In this document: positions 23,685-32,000 of the stretch, piece by piece
Numbering within the stretch: position 1 is the first letter of the stretch
How the letters are laid out: every line of letters starts with the position of its first letter
NCBI GenBank assembly: GCA_964551375.1
Contig: CAZKBG010000001.1
Span: 715,229 to 747,228 of the forward strand
DNA from: an uncultured archaeon
Lineage (GTDB): Archaea; Iainarchaeota; Iainarchaeia; Iainarchaeales; JAAZKV01
Length of the DNA stretch: 32,000 nucleotides
Direction: 5' to 3'
Notes under the pieces: generated by a model
Databases searched by the model: none
Seen by the model: only the letters and a program-made list of their open reading frames with translations
Told to the model about the DNA's origin: nothing
Program-made: the position numbers and the translations under genes

Positions 23685-23888
23685 AAATCAATTTTCAACC
23701 CAAGACTCAATTCTCTAAGTTGATGCCTTCTGTAAGAGGGCGATTTACTTAATCGCGAAACCTTGTGTTAAGAATGCAAAATTTTTGATTCAAGGATTTC
23801 TTTTTTTTATAATATTTCCAAGCTGTGCTTTGGCGGAGCATGGGGTGGGGGTAGTTAAGTCAAATCAATTGAGGGTGATTAGTTTTTT

Positions 23889-24983
23889 TTATAAATTCAC
23901 AATAAGTTTTTTCTTTTTAAAATCAAGCTCTTTAATTATCGGCTTTACTTTATTGATTTTTTCAGTAATTTCCTTTTCAGTGAGCCCCTTTGCTTTGCCC
24001 TTTTCAATGGCATCCATTAATTCTTTTAGTTGATTATAATGCAAGTAAACCTTTTCACCCTTCTCCTGCGCTTCTTTCTCCTGCACAGCAAGTCCAGCAG
24101 TTTGGTTTCTTTTGGCAGCAAGTTCTTTGAGCTGCTTATTTTGCTTTTTATCAATTTTTTCCTCAATTATTGGCAAATCTTTAGCATTTTCTTCAAGCAT
24201 AATTGCGTTTAATGCAGAGATAAGGTCATCAAATTCCTTTTCAGGAGGTTTTCCAATATCTGTAGTGTAAATTGCGCCTCCAATTACAAATGGTTTGGAT
24301 GGTTTAGCGTTGTAAATCTGTTTAATGAGCTCAAATAACTTTTTCATTTCGTTTGCGGTTGCTTTAGCTGAATCTTTTTTCTTATCAAGCCCCAGTGTGT
24401 CAAACGCATGCTCTAAAATAAGCGGGGAAGTGTTAAGCGCATCAACGGAACCGCCAAAAAAAGTCTTGGAGCTTGCCTTAACCAGCTTTTGAAACTCTCC
24501 GATACTGGCTGTGCTTGGATCAAGCCCTCTTGAACTTGGAAATTTATAAATTTCATTTTGCTCAAGCTTTCTATCCTTCCACTCTTCCTTTCTCATAGCC
24601 TTAATTATCTGCATTTCTTTGTTGCAAAGAATCATATTTCCTTTTGCAAAGAGTTCAACTATTAAAAACACGCTTGGAAATTCAAAAATAATAATTCTAT
24701 CCGCTCCGCGCTGGGTTAGAGAAATAATTCTTTGATTCATTAAGTATTTCTTAAGCAGAGCGGAGAACCCCCCAGGGTGCATTTTTGCGCTTAGCGAATA
24801 ATTAGAAACAAAAAAAGCATTTGAAGTGATGATTAAGTTCTTGTCTCCGGATTCTTTAGTGTGAACTTTAAGCTTTAACCATCCGTTATCAAGGCTCTGT
24901 GATTTATTCACAAATCCATTAACCAGAAACTGGCTTTCAAGAACCAAGTGCTTAAGCGCAAGGTTGCTTAACGTGATTTCCAT
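23889..24983 (-). CDS. NFACT-N domain protein (Rqc2/NEMF/FbpA family), short form without NFACT-R/DUF814
   Basis: The N-terminus LSNLALKHLVLESQFLVNGFVNKSQSLDNGWLKLKVH...NLIITSNAFFVSNY...GGFSALLKKYLMNQRIISLTQRGADRIIIFEF follows the FbpA/NFACT-N pattern. The remainder is coiled coil, and the protein ends at 364 aa. Confidence 0.6.
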   Translation of the reverse strand: MEITLSNLALKHLVLESQFLVNGFVNKSQSLDNGWLKLKVHTKESGDKNLIITSNAFFVSNYSLSAKMHPGGFSALLKKYLMNQRIISLTQRGADRIIIFEFPSVFLIVELFAKGNMILCNKEMQIIKAMRKEEWKDRKLEQNEIYKFPSSRGLDPSTASIGEFQKLVKASSKTFFGGSVDALNTSPLILEHAFDTLGLDKKKDSAKATANEMKKLFELIKQIYNAKPSKPFVIGGAIYTTDIGKPPEKEFDDLISALNAIMLEENAKDLPIIEEKIDKKQNKQLKELAAKRNQTAGLAVQEKEAQEKGEKVYLHYNQLKELMDAIEKGKAKGLTEKEITEKINKVKPIIKELDFKKKKLIVNL

Positions 24984-25068
24984 GAAAAAGAATTGGTTAG
25001 ATGTTAATAAAAAAGCTGTTATTTGAAGATATTCCTTTTAAAAAAATAGAAAATGAAGAACTTAGCAG

Positions 25069-26271
25069 TTATGCCAAGTACTTCATCATTATTTTAACAA
25101 GTCCAGGTCTCTGGATTAATTTCTTTGTGAAGAGAATCATTTTTTGCGTTTTAGATAGAGTTCCATTTCCAATGTTTAATGCTTCATCCATTGAAATGCT
25201 GTGGCCAAGGTAGTTGAAGTCGTCATCTGACAAGTTTTCAAGCAAGTGCCTTGACTTAAGTCTTCTCTTCAGTTCATCTCCTCTTAGAGTGAACCATTCT
25301 TTTGAGTAAGGAGCAAGCGTTTTCATAGTGAAATCATTTGCCTTAATTGCGCGAAGAGCAACTTGCCCAGCAAGTCTTCCGCCTTCCATTGCAATTCCTA
25401 TTCCCCCGCCGTGAATCGGGTCAACCATGTGCCCAGCGTCTCCTGCAACAAGCAAATTATCAGCAGCCATAGTGTCAAGGAATCCGCCAACAGGAATTCC
25501 GCCGCCGTTAACTTCAATAATTGAGCCGTCTTTTAATTTTGGCTGGGATTTAATCCACTTATCAAGATAATACTTCGCAGTCTTGTCCTCATAAGCTCCG
25601 ATTCCAATTCCAACATTTGCTGTTCCGTCTCTTTTTGGGAAAATCCAAACATATCCTCTTGGAGCAACGTCAGTTCCAAAGTACAAGTGAAGCAAGTTCT
25701 CATCGTATCCGCTGATTCCAGTCATTTCATACTGGTATCCCGAATCAGTGTCGTTAAGACTGTTCTTTGTATTAAGCCCAAGCATTCTTGCAACAAGAGA
25801 ATCAATTCCATCGCATGCAATAACCATTTTTGCCTTGAAAATCTGGATTTCATTATCCACTTCAACCTTTAATTCAACTATTCCGTTTTTTCTTTCAGCA
25901 GCAACGATTTGGTGCTTTAGTAAAATTTTTGCGCCTTCCTTAACCGCGGCAATTGCAAGATGTTTTTCCATTACTTTCCTTTCAAGAATATATCCTTGAG
26001 GCTCCTTAGTTTTTGAAAACACCTGTGTTCCGTCAGGGCTGTAAAGTGCAGCTCCGTGAATTGGCTGAATAGCATAAGCAGGGTCAACTTTTAAGTTAAG
26101 AACTTTAAACCATCTAAGGCTTAGTCCTTCAGCGCATCTTTTTGGGCAGCCGATTTCCTGTTTTCTATCAAGAATCAAAACTTTTGCTTTTCCTTTAGCA
26201 AGCTCGGTTCCAGCGTATAATCCAGCAGGACCCGCTCCAGCAACAATAACATCATAAATAGTCTCAGCCAT
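25069..26271 (-). CDS. geranylgeranyl reductase family flavoprotein (digeranylgeranylglycerophospholipid reductase-like)
   Basis: YDVIVAGAGPAGLYAG FAD-binding fold, ..CDGIDS.., ..LLVAGDAGHMVDPIHGGGI.. The 400-aa size fits. Confidence 0.85.
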   Translation of the reverse strand: MAETIYDVIVAGAGPAGLYAGTELAKGKAKVLILDRKQEIGCPKRCAEGLSLRWFKVLNLKVDPAYAIQPIHGAALYSPDGTQVFSKTKEPQGYILERKVMEKHLAIAAVKEGAKILLKHQIVAAERKNGIVELKVEVDNEIQIFKAKMVIACDGIDSLVARMLGLNTKNSLNDTDSGYQYEMTGISGYDENLLHLYFGTDVAPRGYVWIFPKRDGTANVGIGIGAYEDKTAKYYLDKWIKSQPKLKDGSIIEVNGGGIPVGGFLDTMAADNLLVAGDAGHMVDPIHGGGIGIAMEGGRLAGQVALRAIKANDFTMKTLAPYSKEWFTLRGDELKRRLKSRHLLENLSDDDFNYLGHSISMDEALNIGNGTLSKTQKMILFTKKLIQRPGLVKIMMKYLA

Positions 26272-26284
26272 AAACAGTCCACCT

Positions 26285-26464
26285 TCACTTCTTCTCCAAA
26301 GTCATTGCAGCAACAGGGCAGATTTTAACACATGCTCCGCAAGAAATGCATTTCTTTTCGTCTACTATGATTCTTGTGTCCTTTAGTACAAGCGCTTCCA
26401 CAGGGCAAACCCCTACGCAAGCTCCGCAATAAATACACTTATTCGCATTGTTTTTAACGACCAT
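26285..26464 (-). CDS. 2x[4Fe-4S] ferredoxin (59 aa)
   Basis: CIYCGACVGVCP and CISCGACVKICP. The start is trimmed to ATG 26462-26464. The stop is 13 nt before the reductase start. Confidence 0.85.
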   Translation of the reverse strand: MVVKNNANKCIYCGACVGVCPVEALVLKDTRIIVDEKKCISCGACVKICPVAAMTLEKK

Positions 26465-26524
26465 AAAACCACTCAGCAAATACTGGGGGATAAGGTTTTT
26501 AATCCCAAAAGCTATGGCTTTATC

Positions 26525-27883
26525 ATGCAATATAAATACAGTCGTGCCCAAGGGACAATTGAATATTTAGTGATAATTGCAATAGTAATTGTAATAGCAC
26601 TTGTGGTTGTAGGCTTAATGACTGGCATTATGGGTGATTCTGCCGGCCAGATAACTGACAATTTCGGGTACTTGAAGACACCCTCTTCAGGGCTGATTAT
26701 TAGCGAATCAGTAGTAGATCAGGCGGGCGAAGGAGTTATTAGAATGAGTAATCATTCAGGCGAATCAATTACAATAAATAAAATCACTACTCCCACTTCG
26801 TCAAGAACGTATAATGAACCTTTTGCTTCAAGCGATTCAAAAATATTTAATATGTCAAATTTAAATTTAAGCTGCCCGTGCGCTGCAGGAGAACGAAAAA
26901 AAATTTGCAATTTTACGCTTGAATACACTACAGGCAGCGGATTAGCGAAAACAGAAACTATTCAAATTACCACTGAGTGCATTACAAACTTAACTCCCTC
27001 AAATCCAGAAAGCGTAATTTATGGAGTGGGAACTGGAACCGCAATTGATCCATGGGTAGTAAAAACCATAGCACAACTTCAAGACATTAACAGCCATTTA
27101 GACGGAAATTTTGTTCTTGTAAATAATATTGATTTATCAGACTCAATTAATTGGGAATACCCAACATACACCGGATTTACTCCTATTGGCGGAGGAGGGG
27201 CAACAGAGTGCGGAGACAATCTTTATTTCACAGGAACTTTTGACGGAGGGGGAAATACAATAAGCGGACTCTACATAGATGGTTACAATTGCAATACCGC
27301 ATTATTTAGTTATCTTGGCGCTGCTGGAATAATAAAAAATCTTCACCTCACCGGAGTAAATATTTCAAATATTGATTCGACTGTCGCAGGAATTGCAGGG
27401 TACAGCGACGGAACAATAGAAAATGTTTCAGTTCAAGGAACATTTAGCGGAGGAGCTGGGGGCGCAATTGTCGGAGTAAATTACGGGACAGTTTCAAAAG
27501 CAAGCGCGAATGCAACAATAAATGTTACTGAATGGGGCGGGGGAATTGCAGGGGACAATCAAGGAACAATTTCTAATTCTTATGCTATGGGAACAATTAC
27601 TGCTTCTCCATGCGGGGGAATTGCTGCAAATTCTTACATTACTATAAATTCATACTCAACAGCTCGAATACTTAACTGCACAAACTATTACGGCGGATTA
27701 ATGGGCGCAATGACTGGGACTGTGACAAGTTCTTACTGGGATACAGAAACCTCACAAGAAGCCACAAGCGCAGGCGGAGTGGGAAAAACAACCGCTCAAA
27801 TGCAGCAACAATCAACTTACAGTGGATGGGATTTTACTAATATTTGGAACGCGCCAAGTTCAAGCTACCCAACACTAAAATAA
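26525..27883 (+). CDS. type IV pilin-like (class III signal peptide) protein fused to a GLUG-repeat adhesin-like domain
   Basis: MQYKYSRA-QGTIEYLVIIAIVIVIALVVV fits the QxSxExxxL class III signal motif. It is followed by repeats such as VAGIAGYSDGTIENVSVQG, GGAIVGVNYGTVSKA, GGGIAGDNQGTISNSYAMG and YGGLMGAMTGTVTSSYWD, and a terminal TYSGWDFTNIW..YPTL. Confidence 0.7.
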   Translation: MQYKYSRAQGTIEYLVIIAIVIVIALVVVGLMTGIMGDSAGQITDNFGYLKTPSSGLIISESVVDQAGEGVIRMSNHSGESITINKITTPTSSRTYNEPFASSDSKIFNMSNLNLSCPCAAGERKKICNFTLEYTTGSGLAKTETIQITTECITNLTPSNPESVIYGVGTGTAIDPWVVKTIAQLQDINSHLDGNFVLVNNIDLSDSINWEYPTYTGFTPIGGGGATECGDNLYFTGTFDGGGNTISGLYIDGYNCNTALFSYLGAAGIIKNLHLTGVNISNIDSTVAGIAGYSDGTIENVSVQGTFSGGAGGAIVGVNYGTVSKASANATINVTEWGGGIAGDNQGTISNSYAMGTITASPCGGIAANSYITINSYSTARILNCTNYYGGLMGAMTGTVTSSYWDTETSQEATSAGGVGKTTAQMQQQSTYSGWDFTNIWNAPSSSYPTLK

Positions 27884-27969
27884 GATTATTATTTTTTTTA
27901 ACTAATTTTGCGTTTCTTTTTTTTAGTTAAATTATTTTTTTAATTAGTTGTTTTTCTTGAACAGGTTAG

Positions 27970-28554
27970 TTATTCAAGGAACTGCTCATACTTCTGCGAA
28001 TTAAACCTGTAAAGAAATCTCTTAATCTTCTGGCTTTGGAAAGAATATTTCTTTATGACATCCGTTTTTACGCCCCTAAATTCAGTGAATTTCATTTCCT
28101 GCGCAGGGTCAAGGATAACAAAATCTCCTTTTATTTCAGTGACAACAAAAGCATGCGTTTTGAGATTATCAAGCTCCGCGATAATAACTTCTGCCCGATC
28201 ATCCCCGAGCGCTTTCATCATTGCGCAAAGAAAAACCGCCAAATCCTCGTCATCAGCAACTTTAACTTCAAGAATTTCTCTTGGCGCAAGCCAGTAATTA
28301 ACATTCAAATCAACATCAACAAAGCTAACTTCTTTTGCAGTGAAGTCAAAAACCTGCTTTAATGAATTTTCATAATCGCTTTCAAAAGAATAAGCTGAAT
28401 CCTTAAAATCAGCGACAAACGATTGCACAGTTAAATCATTGCCGTCAACAAGCGCCTTAATTTCCCCAATAGTTCTCTTCTCGCGTTCGTTGATTATGTC
28501 AGCGTATTTGCTTAAGAGGTATTTGCACAGCTTAATTTCATTCTCGCTAGTCAT
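27970..28554 (-). CDS. transglutaminase-like (Cys-His-Asp) fold protein
   Basis: DDEDLAVFLCAMMKALG (Cys), THAFVVTE (His) and FVILDP (Asp) occur in the order and spacing typical of transglutaminase-core cysteine proteases. Confidence 0.55.
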   Translation of the reverse strand: MTSENEIKLCKYLLSKYADIINEREKRTIGEIKALVDGNDLTVQSFVADFKDSAYSFESDYENSLKQVFDFTAKEVSFVDVDLNVNYWLAPREILEVKVADDEDLAVFLCAMMKALGDDRAEVIIAELDNLKTHAFVVTEIKGDFVILDPAQEMKFTEFRGVKTDVIKKYSFQSQKIKRFLYRFNSQKYEQFLE

Positions 28555-28660
28555 ATCTATACATAAATCCAGCTAAAAATCTTTAAAAAACCGCTTTTTT
28601 TGGCATTTTAATGAGGTTAATAGCTGTTTTGAGCGGGTTTAACAAGCTCAAAAAGGGGTT

Positions 28661-29989
28661 TTACCATGTTTCTTCTTCAAGAATAACTGTTTTCTTCAGC
28701 ACTTTTTCAGAGAAAATCTTAATCTTGTTCAAGTCATTTTCAATTTCAGCCTTAATTGCCGATTCCTTTTTTTCAATAGTCTCAATATTATCCTTAATTT
28801 CATCAATTTCTTTTCCAATCTCGCTTAATTTGCCTTCTTCAACACTTAACTTCTTTTTCGCCTCGTTTTTTTCAATCAATTTATTCATTTCAATTTGCTT
28901 TCTCTGAATCTCATTCATCTTCCAAAACACAGAGCCGAAGAAATCAAAATTAATTATTTCCTGAAGAGCCAAAAGCCTTTTTTCTTTTTCCCTTTCCTTA
29001 AGCTCAATAGCCCCTTCTTCAATTGCCTTAATTATTTCCACAAGAACTTTTTTGAAAATATCCGCTTTAGGGTCTTTTTTTAACGCAGCCATCGGATTAG
29101 TCACAAACAAATTAAGCATTTCCTTTTCTTCAGTCGGAATTTTCCATCTTCCTGAATCAACAAGCTGCTTAAACCTCTGAAGAGGCCTGTCAATATTTAA
29201 TAAAAGCGCGCTGATTTCAGTTTTAAGATCCTGTTTCTGGCTCATAAGCGCAGTCATTTCCTCTTCAAGCTTAGAATAAGCGCCCATCTCTTCCCCTGAT
29301 TTAAAACCGCCAACTTTATTTTCCTGCCCCACAGCGTTTGCCTCTTTGCCGCTCAACTCTTCATTAAATCTTTTTTTATCTTCCATGAGCTTATTAAATT
29401 CTTTTTTCTTTCTAAGCACAACTCCAACGCTTTCTTTTGTTTTTTCAAAATCAAAAAGCTCTCCTGATTTTTTATAAGCCTCGTTTAATTCATGCAGGGA
29501 ATTAAGCATCTCCTGCAAGGATTCTCCAAGCCCCTTCATTTCATCTTTAAAATAAAAACTTGTGTAAGCAATATTTTTTCTAAATGAAACAAGTTCAGTC
29601 GCAAGAAGAGAATAACTCTCTCCGCAGTAATGCCTTGCATCAGCAAGCGTTTTTCCCCTGTCAAGAGGATTGACTTTTTGCAAAAGTTTTCTAAGCTGGG
29701 TGACAATCTGATTTTTAGCAGTAAGCGCGGCTTTATTCAATCTCTCATTAGGCTTTCCTTCAAGCTCTTTTGAATCAATATCGTTAACAATTCCAACCGC
29801 CCTGCTATGAACATACTTTAATTCAGAAAGTTTTTTCGCAGTCAATTCCTCAAGCTCTTCTTTTTGAAGCAAAAAACTTTTTTCAATAAGCATAGGGATA
29901 TTTTCAACAGAAGTTCTAATCACAGGAGTCTCTTTTTTAAAAGCGCCCGTAAAAAGCGAAATGAGTTTAGCAAAGAAACTAAAAACCAT
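28661..29989 (-). CDS. hypothetical coiled-coil protein (442 aa)
   Basis: ORF track. Amphipathic N-terminus MVFSFFAKLISLFTGAF, then long charged heptad-like regions. A hairpin ttttgagc..gctcaaaa follows the stop. Confidence 0.6.
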   Translation of the reverse strand: MVFSFFAKLISLFTGAFKKETPVIRTSVENIPMLIEKSFLLQKEELEELTAKKLSELKYVHSRAVGIVNDIDSKELEGKPNERLNKAALTAKNQIVTQLRKLLQKVNPLDRGKTLADARHYCGESYSLLATELVSFRKNIAYTSFYFKDEMKGLGESLQEMLNSLHELNEAYKKSGELFDFEKTKESVGVVLRKKKEFNKLMEDKKRFNEELSGKEANAVGQENKVGGFKSGEEMGAYSKLEEEMTALMSQKQDLKTEISALLLNIDRPLQRFKQLVDSGRWKIPTEEKEMLNLFVTNPMAALKKDPKADIFKKVLVEIIKAIEEGAIELKEREKEKRLLALQEIINFDFFGSVFWKMNEIQRKQIEMNKLIEKNEAKKKLSVEEGKLSEIGKEIDEIKDNIETIEKKESAIKAEIENDLNKIKIFSEKVLKKTVILEEETW

Positions 29990-30036
29990 GCACTAAATGG
30001 AGATTAAACGTTTTAATACTCTTGCTTTAGAAAAAA

Positions 30037-30429
30037 TCAGCTTCCAAAATACTGGCTTGAAGAAGGGTAGAAGCACTTTGGAACACAAACTGCAATGCAC
30101 ATTGTGCTTGAGCCTGAAGCTTTATCAAAATAATAAGGAATTAAATCAGAAAACCCAATGCTCTTAATCGGGCGCTTTGAGCAGGCAGAAGTGCAGGGCT
30201 CAAAACAACCTTCTTGCGAAATACATTTAGAATATATTGCATTAGTATTAGGGTCGGCATTTGAATCAGGAATAAATTTTTCATTCTGCATGCATCCGGC
30301 ATATACTGAATTATAATAATTGTAATAATCTTTTTCAAGGGAAAAATTTGTTGAATAAAATCCCGCAGCATAAATAACAGCAATTATTACAATTGCAACA
30401 AAAAGAATTCCAATTATTTTGCCATTCAT
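30037..30429 (-). CDS. membrane-anchored Cys-rich extracellular protein
   Basis: MNGKIIGILFVAIVIIAVIYAAGF anchor and 10 Cys in the ectodomain. The start is trimmed to ATG 30427-30429. Confidence 0.55.
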   Translation of the reverse strand: MNGKIIGILFVAIVIIAVIYAAGFYSTNFSLEKDYYNYYNSVYAGCMQNEKFIPDSNADPNTNAIYSKCISQEGCFEPCTSACSKRPIKSIGFSDLIPYYFDKASGSSTMCIAVCVPKCFYPSSSQYFGS

Positions 30430-30517
30430 AGTTAATACACCCAGTTCAAATATATTAATCTTGGTTTTTCTTCCGGCAGGACGCATAAAGAAGCTTTAAA
30501 TTATACGCTTAGGGAAG

Positions 30518-31975
30518 ATGTTTATGCACCACGAAGAAGTACACACAAAAAGGGATGAAACCGCTTTTTTCAAACTGCTTGATGAGATGGCAATAGAGGT
30601 AAAAAAAAGAGACGACTTTGTAGTAATCTTCCACCACGACGCCGACGGATGCGCAAGCGGAGCAATAGCAATCAAGGCGCTTGAAAGAGAGGGGAAAAAA
30701 GTTGAAAGAAAATGCCTAAAACAGCTTTATAGAGAAAATATTCCTGAAATCAAAGCCCTTGGAAAAAATTATTTGTTCGTTGATTTTGGAAGCGGACAGA
30801 TGGATTATTTAATGGAAGAATTCGGCGAAAACTTTTTTGTACTTGACCATCATCAGTCAATTTTAATAAACGGAGAACTGCCAAAACACAAGTGGCACGC
30901 TAACCCCCTGCTTTTTGGAATAAACGGAGGCACGGAAATATCAGGCGCAGGAACAACATTCTTTTTTGCCCTTGCGTTAAATAAAAAAAATGCAGACCAG
31001 AGCGTTCTTGGAATAGTCGGGGCGCTTGGAGACATGCAGGATTTTAATTACGACGCAGCTCTTGTCGGAATGAATAGAAAAATAATTGAAATTGCAGTAA
31101 AAGAAAAGCTTCTTGATGTAAAAAAAGATATCCGGTTATACGGCAGAATTTCCCGCCCTCTTGTTTCGTTTTTAATGTTCTCATCAAACCCAATCCTTCC
31201 AAATCTAACAGCGAACGCAGACAACTGCAAAGCATTGCTTAATGATTTAGGAATTCCACTAAAAGATCCTTTTACAGAACAATATCTTTCTTATGAAGAT
31301 TTGGATATTGAACAAAAACGCGCGCTCACAAGCGCGTTGATAATTAATTTAGTAGAAAACAATATGCCTGAATGGAAAGTAAAAGAACTTGTGGGCGAAG
31401 TTTACACTCTCTTAAAAGAAAATCCAAAAAGCCCGCTGCGCGACGGAAAAGAATTTGCAACAATGCTAAATGCATGCGGGCGAAACAAACACCCCGAAAT
31501 CGCATTAAGCGTGTGCCTTGGCGACAGGGTAGAAGATTATTCAAAAGCAATTGCGCTCATGGATGCGCACAGAGATAACTTGCGCAGAGGAATAGAATAC
31601 GTTCAACAGCACGGAATTGACGAGCGAAAATCATTTTACTTTATAGACGCAGGAACAAATATTGACGAATCAATAATTGGAATAATTGCAGGAATGCTTT
31701 ACGGCTCGGTTATTTCTGAAACAAAACCAATTGTGGCTCTTGCAAGAAACAATGACGGGACGGTAAAACTTTCAGGAAGAGGAACAAGCGATTTAGTTAG
31801 AAGAGGATTAAATTTAGGCGGAGCGCTAAAAGAACTTTCAAAAGAAATTGAAGGAGTGGAAGGGGGCGGGCACAAAGTCGCAGCCGGAGCAAAAGTCCCC
31901 GCTGAAAAACTTGATGAATTTTTGAACAAACTTGAAGAAGTTCTTTTTTTACAGCTTCAAAAAGGATATTTTTAA
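30518..31975 (+). CDS. DHH/DHHA1 phosphoesterase, archaeal RecJ/Cdc45 (GAN)-like
   Basis: FHHDADGCASGA, FVDFGSG, VLDHHQ and GGGHKVAAGA motifs. Confidence 0.8.
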   Translation: MFMHHEEVHTKRDETAFFKLLDEMAIEVKKRDDFVVIFHHDADGCASGAIAIKALEREGKKVERKCLKQLYRENIPEIKALGKNYLFVDFGSGQMDYLMEEFGENFFVLDHHQSILINGELPKHKWHANPLLFGINGGTEISGAGTTFFFALALNKKNADQSVLGIVGALGDMQDFNYDAALVGMNRKIIEIAVKEKLLDVKKDIRLYGRISRPLVSFLMFSSNPILPNLTANADNCKALLNDLGIPLKDPFTEQYLSYEDLDIEQKRALTSALIINLVENNMPEWKVKELVGEVYTLLKENPKSPLRDGKEFATMLNACGRNKHPEIALSVCLGDRVEDYSKAIALMDAHRDNLRRGIEYVQQHGIDERKSFYFIDAGTNIDESIIGIIAGMLYGSVISETKPIVALARNNDGTVKLSGRGTSDLVRRGLNLGGALKELSKEIEGVEGGGHKVAAGAKVPAEKLDEFLNKLEEVLFLQLQKGYF

Positions 31976-32000
31976 ATTAAAAATATAATAACTGCTAAAA

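Noticed and set aside
23785-24033. 82-aa plus-strand TTG-initiated ORF
   Set aside because: It is mostly antisense to the NFACT-N gene 3' end and has an F/S/I-rich junk composition.
28036-28907. Plus-strand ORFs (108, 80 and 98 aa) opposite the transglutaminase-like and coiled-coil genes
   Set aside because: They are antisense shadows of better-supported genes.

Overview
AT-rich, gene-dense archaeal window. Archaeal markers: TFE, aTrm56, Fap7/AK6, geranylgeranyl reductase with its ferredoxin, a XerA-like tyrosine recombinase, an archaeal-type SRP RNA, an A1:U72 initiator tRNA and a class III (type IV pilin-like) signal peptide. Small genes, short intergenic regions, TATA boxes close to start codons and many secreted or anchored surface proteins suggest a DPANN-type (Woese-/Pacearchaeota-like) reduced genome; that placement is inference only. 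I call about 37 CDSs, 4 tRNAs (Phe-GAA, Lys-CUU, Lys-UUU, initiator Met-CAU) and one SRP RNA. There is no rRNA, CRISPR array, reverse transcriptase or recognisable transposase. Main observations: (1) A bacterial-type long RelA/SpoT homologue has a degenerate hydrolase domain and is divergently paired with an HPF/RaiA-like small protein. (2) The segment after tRNA-iMet contains a dense cluster of the palindrome GTAATTAC plus CATTAC half-sites. It also holds a 213-aa GTG-initiated ORF of unknown family, bracketed by a perfect 20-bp inverted repeat (TTAACTCTATTTCTTGGACA) that is fused on both sides to a TATA-like box. (3) The same 14-20 nt motif recurs upstream of a KaiC-like ATPase gene and a PRC-barrel gene, so it may be a small regulon or dispersed element ends. 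(4) A pilin-like prepeptide is fused to a GLUG-repeat adhesin domain, next to other large surface proteins including a 1287-aa lipobox coiled-coil protein. (5) An NFACT-N-only Rqc2/FbpA homologue is followed by an unusually long non-coding tail. All family assignments come from motif reading by eye and need HMM or structure confirmation.
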